Positions 44,511-55,400 of a stretch of DNA of 64,000 nucleotides are shown in pieces. Below the pieces are notes generated by a model that was given only the letters and a program-made list of their open reading frames with translations, had not been told where the DNA came from and ran no database searches. How positions within the stretch are numbered: the stretch's first letter is position 1; each line of letters begins with the position of its first letter. The DNA comes from Peribolospora baueri. Taxonomy: Eukaryota. The translations under genes and the position numbers were made by a program. The stretch spans positions 62,001-126,000 of the forward strand of contig JAMDHS010000003.1 in assembly GCA_029717555.1 (NCBI GenBank), read 5' to 3'.

Positions 44511-44712
44511 GATCCGCCGGAGCTGCCCTTGGATCCTGAAGACGAGCCACCACCACCACCTCGACCTCCTCCTCCTCCTCCTTTGCTCCCACCGCCCTTA
44601 CGCTTGCCAAGGCGATCAGAAATGCCAGAGACGTGGGGCGCCTAGGGGAAGGGGCAGGGGAAGGCAAGGAGGAAGAAAGATGAAGAGGAGAAGGAGAGAC
44701 GAAGCTCGGCAT
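43497..44712 (-). CDS. Uncharacterised Gly-rich basidiomycete protein with GPI-like hydrophobic tail; reading frame broken in three places (assembly error or pseudogene)
   Basis: Coherent segments KRKGGGSKGGGG, GRSAGGATRAQIYGSRSYGSGY, PFVFWPL, YGPADNNSRPGG, VVQYYRASSFALLLQGYN and YFNCLNASIG, plus a tail LLLTLPALVVVWALAA. Introns at 44394-44462 and 44071-44158. The segments lie in different frames (see findings). Confidence 0.65.
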
Positions 44713-44738
44713 CGTCCCTTGTATTTGTACTGACGAAA

Positions 44739-44770
44739 GAACGAACGAACGAACGAACGAACGAACGAAC
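44739..44770 (+). repeat. (GAAC)8 microsatellite, part of a dense SSR patch at 44.7-45.7 kb
   Basis: Perfect tetramer repeat; neighbours include (GTGCT)n, (GTCG)n, (CGATTC)n and (CGACTA)n. Confidence 0.95.
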
Positions 44771-45722
44771 AGACGGACGGATGGGGAGGGATGAAGGGAC
44801 GGAACGGGCGGTGCTGTGCTGTGCTGTGCTGTGTGTGCTATGCTTGGCCCGCGCGTACGTGGGTGTGTGGGTGTGGGTATGGGTGTGGTGTGGTTTTCCA
44901 AGCCGCGTCTTTGTTAAGATGACGATCCTGCTACTCGCCGACCACCCTCACCGAGCGAGCGAAAGGAGCGAGGGCTTGCAACTGCAACTGCAGCAGCAAC
45001 ACCGACCCCACCTGCCCCGGCCACCGATCGATTGACGGATGTCACCGCCGCAGCAGGGCCAGCGGTCGCACACGACTTTATGACGTCGGTCGGTCGGTCG
45101 GTCGGTCGGTTGGTCGGTCGGGACGACGTAGGGGGTTAACTTGGGACTTGCCGACACAGAAACCACAGTTAACCCATTCATCCAAACCGACAAACAGACA
45201 GACAAACCGACAAACAAACGCAAACAGGACAAACATGAAAACATGCGATCCACCGAACCGAACCGAACCGAATCGATTTCCGGCGATTCCGATCCCGATT
45301 CCGATTCCGATTCCGAGAAATTCCCAAAGGCGTGAAGCGACGGCTGCGACTACGACTACGACTACGACCAGGACTACGACCAATGACGGACGGACGACGG
45401 AAGGCAGGGGAAAGGGAGAGGGTAGGTAGACGAGGTCGACGGAGCGGACCGTGGATAAGGGGATGATGGGGATAACAAAGAATGGGAATGGGAATGGGGG
45501 ATGGGGGATGGGGGGATGAATTGAGCGCGCGACGCGACAGACAGAAAGAAAGAAAAAAGGGAGAATGAACATGGAGACCGGACATGGATGGAGAGATGGA
45601 GAGGGGTACCGGATACCGAAGGCGCCAGGCGAGAGAACGAGATGGATGGGGGCGCGAAAGGGAAGAAGAGCGAGCGAGCGAACGAGCGTGCGAAGGGAGA
45701 GAAAGAGAAAATCGCTTCGGGA

Positions 45723-48700
45723 TCATGACCACTGGGCGGGGGGCGGCAGAGGAACACGGTCAGCCATCGACGCCACGCCTACCGACGACCGAACTGGCGC
45801 GCTCACCTTCGATGGCCCAAACCCTCCTGGCGGGGGAGACTTGAGCGGTATAAAGTTTGAATCGCTGGTGTAGAGGAACACGGTATTGCCCCACCAGTTG
45901 ATCTGCGACGGCGCGGCAAGAAGACGAAGATGAGTCAACAAAGGCCGACAACGACGGAGTGACAGACGCGCGCACCTGTAAAGATCCATTCTTGGGGAAT
46001 TGGAGGGCAAAGAAGATGAAGAGGGTGGAGAGGATGGTGCCAGAGTCGAGGGCGGCGGAGAGGACAAAGTTGTATTTTGACCACCATCGGAAGTTGCGCC
46101 GGCGCATGACGTATTCTGGAGGCAGAAGCGAACGAGCGAGCGAGCGAGCGGCGGAGAGGCAGAGAGCGAACGAGCGGACAAGCGAGTCAAGTCAGCTCAG
46201 CTCGGTCCAAAAGCCATCCACCGTTCACTCACGAAAGATAAATCCAACGAGCGCCCAAGAGGAATAATTGATGCCCGTTCCAGGGGGGATAAAGTTCGAT
46301 CCGGTCAAGATGACAGGCCAGGAGATGTACTTGATCCAGCTGTTCGTGTACCGTTTGCCAAGGAGCCAGAAGGGGACGGGGATAAAGGCGCCGAAGAGAA
46401 GGGACCACAAGGCGGGGTGGTAGATGGATCGGTAACCGAAGAGGCGGTCTGGGCCGATGACGCCCCATACGATCGAGGCGGTGTAGAAGACACGGTAGTG
46501 AGGGCAGGTGAGGTGGTGGGCGTTGTTGGACGCGCACAGGTCGGAGATGTTGGCGAAGAGCCACTCCTTGACGCCGAGCTGGACGAAGGCGGAGACGAGG
46601 GTGGAGACGATTTGGACCTGGAACGTGGCCCTGGGCGGAATCTTCATGTAGTGGCCCAGCTTCAAGTCCTGGACGAAGGAGAGGGCGATGAGGAGAGACT
46701 GGACGGAGAAGGACTTGAAGATCTGCGGAGGGAACGAAGACGGGGTTGTGAGTTCACCTCGGCCCGGCTAGCCAGCCCGGCCCCTCGCGACGCACCATGT
46801 TAGCCAGCGGCTTTCCCCGAAGGATATAACCAGGAATAAGCTCTCCCCAGAGGTTAGTTCCAATGCCCTGTCCAGTCATAGCGTAGATGAAGCCGGCGGG
46901 GAGGACGTAGATGGCGGGGATGGCGAGGGCGAGAAGGACGGCCCACACCGGCATCGACGTCGAGTAAACCTCACAGGCGATGATGGCGAGGGCGAAAAAG
47001 AGGAGGAGGAAGGAAAGATACCACCAATCGGGCACTTCCGGGTAATTGCGCATAAACTTTGCGTGCACGTCGTCTTCCTCGCTTTTCACCTGTCGGATGC
47101 CCTTGTAGATGCTCTTGCCGTGGTAGAGGATGCAGTGGATGATGACCGAGGACGAGGTGGCAAAGCCGAGGATGTAGACCATGGCATAGGTCGTGGAGAG
47201 GTAGAGGGGCGAGTAGTTGGCGTAGCCGACGGGGTCGAACGACTTGTCCGCCGTCAGCACGCGGTCCACCTGGTACTCGTTGCCGTAGCGGTCATAGGCG
47301 CCGCCGGACGAGACGGGCAAGTAGGCAAAGTCCCAGGTGTTGGTGAAGTAAAGGATGGGCGCGACGAGCCAGTAGAAAAAGACAAATCCGGCAATGACGT
47401 TGGCCTCGGCCCACCACGGCGGGACCATGGGCGAGCCAATAAACGCAATCTCGGACCAGTCAAAAGTGAAGATGCCCATGCCGAGGCCGGACTCGACGCC
47501 GAAGAGCTGGTTGACCGGGACGCTGTCTGTGAAACGGGGCAGCAGCAAGGCAAGGCAAGGCGAGAAGGAATGGGCGGGGCAGACGCGGTCAGAGAGCGAA
47601 ACGGGGTGATGACAGGCGAAAGAAAGGGAAGAAAAAGGAAGGGAAGCTCACTCGGCCAGATCCAACAGACCCACGAAAAAGCGCTGAGAGCCTGAAAGAG
47701 GAACCCCGGCAAAAAATACCAAAAAAAGGCAGCAATGGAAGCAAGGCTAAAAAACTTGAACCTCGTCATCGTTCCATCCTCTCCATCCTCTTCAGCATGG
47801 AACGTATTGAGGATGGTGGCAGTGACAAGGTTTTGGGGCCAGATCATGCTAGCGGGCCAGACGAGGAAGCGGCGGCATACGCCGGCGAGGCCGAAGCCGA
47901 TGCATTGGGTGGAGAGGATGAGGAGGGCGGTGAAGCCCATGCCGACCGGGTTTGCGTAGAACTGTTTCGAGTCTTGGACGACGATGGTGTTCATGGCGTA
48001 GGCCGGGCCGATGGCGACGTTGGCCATGATGGAGACGCAGGCGTGCTCCTTGATGTTGAACGGGCCTGGGTTGAGGGAGAAGGCAAGGCCGCCCATCCAG
48101 GAGGGCATGTGGAAGGTTCGGATGGGCAAGGCCCAGGCGAGGAATTTGCCGAGCGGGTAGACGACCAGTTGGACGACGATGGGGCTGACTTGCGGGGCGG
48201 GGTAGCGGAAGTAGAGGAACATGTTGAGGGCGGAGGAGATGACGGTAAAGAGAAGACCGAGGAACCACATCCGGACGGTGAGCACGGGCATGTCCGGGTC
48301 GTCCACGTTGGACACCGACGCCCGGACTTCTGGGTACGGGCTGTCCTCCTCAATCTCCATCTCCATCTCGACGAGGCGCATGCCGTTCATGCCGACGCCT
48401 CCCATGCCGGTGACCATGCCGTCGGGCCCGTTTCCGCCGTATGCCCCGTATCCGCCGTAGGCGGAGGCAGTATCGCCGGCGGGGGCGAAGCGCACGGTGG
48501 AAGCGAGGTCGTTGTAGGCGTAGATGTCGCTCTTGTTGTCAGTGAGGCCGACGACGTCGACGATGCCGTCGTTGGTGTCGCCGGTGGGATGCTGATCGAC
48601 CCTGACGGCGCCGCCCTTGGGGCTCCAGGCGTAGCTCATCGAGCTGGTGCTGGGGGCGTGAACGTGTGCGGGGGGGGCGGGGGGAGGAGCGGCGTCGGCG

Positions 48701-49248
48701 TCCCAGGGCGAGTGATGGGATTGGGAGGGCGAGCGGGTGCGGGCGTCCCAGGGGAGGTGGTAGGAGGGCGAACGGGAGAGGGAATGGGTGGGAGAGTGGG
48801 CGAGGGCGACGGGGGATAATGCCTTGGGCGGGGTGGCGACGAGCGCTTGTGGTTGATCGCCGACGTGGGCGAGGGCGGGGGAGGGGCCGATGTCGGGAGG
48901 CACAAAGGCGAAGACGTCTTCGTCGTCTTCCTCTTCGTCGTCGTACTCCTCCTCGTCATACTCGTCGTACTCCTCCAGGGGATACTGCCATTGTTGGTGA
49001 TGGAGGTGGGGCTGGGCGGGGTCGGGGTCGGCGGGGCCGTCCCGTGTTCTTCGTCCGCCGGCGGTGATGGGTCTGGAGGAGGCGGAGGTGCCGGGACGTC
49101 GAGATGCGGAGGTGGTGGGGCGGCCGGGGGAGGCGGTTGCGCGGGTGGGGGGTCGATGGAAGGCGGGGGGGTGTTCACCGGTGCTGGTGCCGGGCCTCTG
49201 ATCGTCGTCGTCCTGGCCAGGAGCGGCATCGAAGGCGAAGCCGGACAT
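45723..49248 (-). CDS. OPT-family small oligopeptide transporter (Opt1/Isp4-like), 6 exons
   Basis: EEDSPYPEVRASVSNVDDP, SLNPGPFNIKEH, RRFLVWPASMIWP, YPEVPDWWY, DLKLGHYMKIPPR and WWSKYNFVLSAALDSG; the frame is intact across GT-AG introns. Confidence 0.96.
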
Positions 49249-52200
49249 GGCGGGCGGTGAGCTGGCGTGGCTGCACGATGGCGGAGGGGCGGGGGATGGG
49301 GAGAGGATGTAGGAAGGGGAAGGGATGGAGGAGAGGGAACGGGTTGTTGTCCGTTGTCGCCAGGGGCCAGGGACTATGGCGAGGGCGATGGAGTTGAAAA
49401 GGAAGGAGGGAAGGAGGGAGGGAGGGATAGAGGAGGAGGAGGAAGGGATGGAGGGATGGAGGGAGAAGGAGAAGGAGAAGAGTGGGCGGCGGAGGGAGCG
49501 GTCGGTGGGAAGCGGGGAAGGGAGGAGGTACGGGTGGGGGTGATGAGGTGGAGGGACCGGCGATGGTGGTGGTGGTGGTGGTGGTGATAGTGGACGTCGT
49601 CACGAGGGACGTGGACGTCGTCGCGGACGAGGTGGTGGTGGTGGTGGTCGTCGACGGCGATGAAGAGAAAGGAGGAGCGATGAGATGAGATGATGGATGG
49701 ACGGGAGCAAGAAGAGCAAGGAGCAAGCGCCGTCGTCCGTCCGTTCGTCCCGCCACCGCAATCGAAGGGGCAGACGGCGACGAGAGTGGGAGGTGATAGA
49801 GCGAGCGAGGGAGGGAGGAGTAGGAGGGAGAAATAAGAAGGAGGAGCAGCAGAAGGAAGTGCAGTACACGGGATTCGACTCGACTCGACTCGACTCGAGC
49901 GGACGTGCCGGCTCGGCAGGCTGGCTCGCTCGCTTATTGCACCTTATTTTCCTTATTTTTCTTATTTTTCTTCTTTTCCTTGCCGGACGACAGACAGACG
50001 CAGACAGACAGCGACAAGACGGATGGTGCAGTGGGCGGTCAAGGAGGCGGCAAATGGGGGAGAGAGGAGAGCAGGAGCAGCATGTGCCGGTCGTCGTTCC
50101 TGGCCTAGCGCGAGGGAGACGGCGTTGGGATGCACGCTGAGGGAGGAGAACAGGAAGCAAGATTGGGATGCGACGATGGCCTTGACCTTGGCTTTCTTTG
50201 GCTGGATCGAATCCCTCCGGATCGCCCTTGCCGTGCCCTGGAAAGAAGCGAGATGGCGATGGCCGCAAATGCGAAGGAGGTCGGAACACGCAGGCACAGA
50301 GACAGACGCCCGTCAGACCCAGACCCACTCAGACGCACACGGAGACGCAATTGCACACAGACGCCCACCAGCGCTCCCTCCCGTCAGCAGGGCTGGCTGC
50401 AGCGTCGTCGGCTCTGCATCCACCGAGCTCGCCGGGCGTCGATCTAATGAGTCGGTCGGGGCAGTCAGTATAGACAGCAGTGCAAGAGTCGACAGACAGC
50501 ACACTCCATCCATCGCCACCACCCATCCCTTCGTTCGTCCATCCATCTTCTTTCCATCGCCCCCGTCGACGGACAACATGACAAACGCGACGCGGCGGGT
50601 CGTCAGCGCATCCATATGGATGGTCACTCAACTCTCTAGTCGTCCGTTCACGTCCCCAACAGGCCAGCCAGGCAGCCAGGCACGGGACGGACGACAGAGA
50701 GGAGAAGAGATGACCGAGACAGAGACAGAGACAGCCAACTCAAGCCAAACAAGAACAAGACAAGACAAGACAAGACAGGCAGCCATGTACCGCAACGCAA
50801 CTTGCTTGGACCCGAAGAGCCGGCCGAGCGGGACGGAGAAAAGGAGGGAAGAAAAAAAGGGCAACTTGGTTCGATTCGATTTGACACGACAGAAAAAGCA
50901 TCGGACAGCCAGACTGACGGACGGCCCCAACGGCATCGTAACTAAACCAATTCAGCCACCACACGCACTAGACTCGTTCTTTGACCGTCCATCCGTCACC
51001 CTTCCGTCCCCCCGTTCCTCTTCCTTTTCTGTACCTGCTTGTCTGTCTTTGTTTTGACGGATGGACTAACTGACTGTGCCGACGTGACCATCACACCGCG
51101 TACGGCGACGACGTCGCAAAGGAGTTGCCGTATCTCGCTCCCTGCTCGTCCTCGTCTTCGGCTCCGTCCCTGGCGTCCATCGACAAGAGTTAGCGAACGA
51201 GTCCCGTCTTTCGTTCCTTCCTTCCTTCCTTCGGGAGCGCTTGTGACCGATGCGATGGCCCCTCGCTCGCTCGCTCGCCCTCCTTTGCTTCCGCCCCGCT
51301 CTTCGCTCGCCTCGCCTCGCCCATAAAAACTGCGCCATCGCCATCGCCTTCGCCCTCGCCGTTCTTTCCGACCGGCCGGCTCGTTGGCAGACCCGTCTTG
51401 CTCGCACGATTATCCGGCCTGCTTGCGTGCGTGCGGTCTCGACTCGACTCGAACGCGGGGTAGGTAGGCTTATGCTGACTAGTCCGGTCAGGTCAGGTCA
51501 GGTCGGACGGAGCAAGGAACGCGATGTGATGGTGTACGATATCCACCGTCATCATCATCCATCCTCCTCCCGCCGGTGTATGCATCTCCCGTCGCCGTCG
51601 CGCCATCCATCTCTCCGTACCGGCCCAAGCCAGCCCGCCAGCCAGTCCCTCTTCCAAAGACACGCCCACGCCACGTCTCTATTATTTGTCTCGTTCCCCC
51701 CATCTTTCCCGCCGTCGCCCCTGACAAGGTCATGTTCCACCACCTCTACGCTTTACGGTTGGTTAGTCAGCCAGCCAGGCAGATTGGGTAGACGGACGGA
51801 TGTATGTGCGAGTGCATGCCATCCATCCCTCATGTGATTGATTCATCAGTCTCATCGACGGCCCAGTACGTCTCGGATGCCGGCCGCACTACATCTCCAT
51901 GCCTCTTTAGTATCCGTCCGTCCCGTCTGCCTGTGCCTGTGTGGTCTGTCTGTAGGAACGACGAGGGAGAAGACGTCTGTGTTGTATATCTTATCTACCA
52001 CGATGGATGTTCGTACACGCGCCACACAGACTCTGCGCTACTTCTTCTTGCCCCGCCCCTACCTAACCAGGTGGCGTCCGACGGGCGACGCTAAAGACAG
52101 AGAGACGGACAAACGGACGGATGGACGACACGATACGATACGATACGACACGATGCTACAGGTAGGGTGGCAGCGTCGAGGAGACGAGGCGGCAGTAGAT

Positions 52201-52445
52201 GGATGGGACACGCACGGACGCCGCGCGTCTGGACGCGAGGGAATCGACGCCGGGACTGAACAGACAGAGACGGACAAACGACGAAGCGGTGAACGAGGAG
52301 GGGAAGAACGAAGGATATGTACTTGCGAAGCAGCAGAAGCCAAAAACGGCAACGAATCATGGACAAACGAAAAAGGAATGCAAAGAGGAAGAAAAAAAAA
52401 AGAAATAAAGTGTCCGTCAGGTCACAACTACCAACGACCCTCCCA

Positions 52446-55400
52446 CTATCGCTCGCCCTCCTTCACTTCCACCTTGACAAAGTCGTCCACTTCTTCACTC
52501 GCAGGCGACGCCGACTCGGACGCCGTCCAAGGTGAGCCCGATCTATCCCTCTCCCTCCTCTCTCCTCCCACCGCCTCCTCGACCTTGCCTTCTCCAGACG
52601 ACTCGGCCCAAGACGTTCCCCAATCAAAACTCTTCCGCCCCACCGCCTTCCCTCCAGCGCTCGGCGACCCGCCTCCTTCTTCACGATCCGCCACGTCTGG
52701 CGATCGAAGCGCCTCCAGCGCATTCTGCAATCGTTGGCCATCACCGCCGGCCTCCTCATCCCCGACATGATCGCCGTCCTCGTACCGCTTGTGCGCGACG
52801 AACGCCAAGAACGGGTCGCGGATCGTCAGCGGCGGAGGCGCCGGTTTGCCGCTCGACAGCGAACGAGGTCGTGCCGAGCCAGTCCGACCCACAGACCTAT
52901 TATCCTCCTCCTTTCCACCGACACGCTCCGTCTCCGGAGACTCTAGCGCGTAGGTGCCGTTGGGTGGACCGGTACGCGTCGGCGTCCTTTCCCCCGCGGG
53001 GAAACCCTTCTCACGAACGGGCGAATAAACACCGAGCAGATGGTGTTGCGGTCCTGAACCGTCCTCTTCCGCTTCGTCGTCATCATCGCCGAACGACAAC
53101 CGCTCGCTGCGACGACGTTCAGTCAGTGGCCGTGGCACGTGGGCCGCAGCGCCAATGTCGATCCCCTCGTCTTCCGGCTCGATCGACAGGCCAGCGTCGC
53201 CCACCCCATTCATCTCCACTTCACGGATCATGTCCTCGTCCGCCACGATCCCTTCGTCGTCCCCATCGTCGTCGCTGTCGTCATCCATTGGGTGGCCAAA
53301 GCTCCGCTCTAGAGCGCCCGCATTCCTTCCGTTCGCCCCGAACTGGCCGGGGGCCGGGCCGAAGGATAGCCGCCTTGACGGTGGTCGCCTTCCCTCACCG
53401 GTCGTACCCGATGACGGCTGGCCCAACCGTTGCGCAGGCGCTTCGGTTGGCGTCGGAGGACGACATTGTCCGGGCGGGAAGAGCTCTGAGACATAATAGC
53501 GCACGTCGCTGGAGGCGTCGCGAGAGAGGGCGAGCAAAAGTTCGGAGAGTTGAGGCGAACGGGATTGCGGGGAAGCGTATAGCTCGTCTGTTGAGCGCCA
53601 GCAGCAAAGGCAACCCGTTAGCGGAACAATAAAGACGTCAATCGGAGGTGGCTGAGGCACGGCTCACCAAGGCGGCACATGAGACCCAAAGTCCGGGCTA
53701 AGGCGATGCGGACATTGACGATAGGGTCCGAACCGAGCTCGATGAGGCGATGCATGAGGTGCAATTCAAATGCGGAGCGCTCGATTCTTTGCTCGACCAG
53801 AGCCATGCAACATGCGAGGCAGGTCGTGCGATCTCGATACGACGACCGCGCACCAATGTCGCTAATCATACCGAGAAAACCGTCAGCGACGACCTGATCT
53901 CTCTCTGCCAAGGTCAAGTACAGGAGCGGAACCTGTGATGGGGAAGGAGCGAGTCAGCAGATCATGATGGTGGCGCGAGGCGGAGGTACCGATGACACGA
54001 TGCACCTACCGAAGAAACAGCCGCATGCCGAACGGCGGCCACATCGTCATGGAGAGCAAGTTCGAGCAGGCCGAGTAGACCCGCCCCTTCGTCGTCGAGC
54101 AAGAAGTGTTCGGCGAGCGAGTGAAGGTGCTGAGCGACCGTGTGGCGCATCCGCCAGTCTTTGGAAAAACTGAGACCCCAGAGCTCCTTTAGCTCCATGA
54201 TCTGGTGCTCTCCGGCTTCGCGCGGCAGCGCCTTAAAAAAGACGTCCATGTGCTCGAGCGCAGTGGCCTTGATCTCGGGCTCGTCGCGCATGAATCGGAC
54301 GAACGCAGGCAACAAGTCGCGCTCCGCCGCGTCCGGGCCGATAATCTTGGCGATCTCGTGAAGCGAGGCGGCGATCGTCCGGCGCACGTTCGGCGTCTCC
54401 CGCGACAGATTGGAGTGCTGCTCGTGAAGGAGCGACCACCGTTGCGGCCCGAGGGTCAGGACGACGGCGGGAATGTTGAAAGCGGTGATCAGCGGTCTTT
54501 CCGTGTCGTTGAAGCGGTAGAAACCCATTTCGGAGCCGCCGAAAATGGATTCTGGTCGGGCGCCATTCATGAACGAGCCTCGTTCGCTTGGAGACGACGA
54601 AAAGGGGTTGATGAATGAGTCTAGACCGTTGAAGGGCCGTGGAGATTCGCCGAAACGGAAGGACTCATCCAACTCCACGTCCGACGCAGTCAATTCGTCC
54701 TGACCCGCTTCCGAATCTTGATCGAGCGGCTTGCCAAGGAAGAAGCGCACCAGGTCGCGAGGCACACCCTTGGCGTCCCCATGGAAGAGGTAGATGAGTT
54801 CGCCTAGGACCTCGAGAATAGCGCTCCTGACGTTCTTGGACACGTCGTTGGAAAAGGTGCGAACCGTCTGGACGACGCGCGATCGTCGAACGTCTGGCGG
54901 CAGTGGTTTGCAGAGCGACGGCAAGGCCAACGCTGTCATCTGGCGCACGTGCCAGATTTTATCACTGACAAAATCGTCCAAAGCGGGCGCCTGGTGGGAG
55001 AAATGCAACCGTTAGTGAGATCAAGGGAAGGACGCGCAAGCGCGACGTTGACGAACGACCGCCGAAGACGCTCACGAAACGTTCTGCAACGACATCCGGC
55101 TGGACGACTTTGGCGAGCGCCCCCATGGCTGCGACGGCTTCTTTGCGGACAAAGAAAATCGGGTCGCCCTTCATGGCCTCAACTTGAGCAACAAATTTGG
55201 CCATGACCTCGTCGGATCTGATGCAATCGTCCGCGGCGATCGCGGCGATGAGACTCAGCGTAGCCATCCGACCTACCGCGGCCTCCTCGTCGGCATCGTT
55301 CTGCAGGCCTGACGAGGGCTGGTCGAACGGGCTGATGATGGGCGAGCTGCTCCTGTCGAAGGGTGACATCCACGAGTCCGTGCGCTGGCTCTCGTCGTGC

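Noticed and set aside
44730..45700. Repeat-dense patch as a CRISPR-like or mobile-element array
   Set aside because: These are different short tandem repeats with no constant repeat-spacer structure, terminal repeats or transposase.
49600..52770. Long ORFs 49600..50328, 50023..51057 and 51838..52770 in the OPT upstream spacer
   Set aside because: They translate microsatellites and purine/pyrimidine tracts, with no coding-like composition or motifs.
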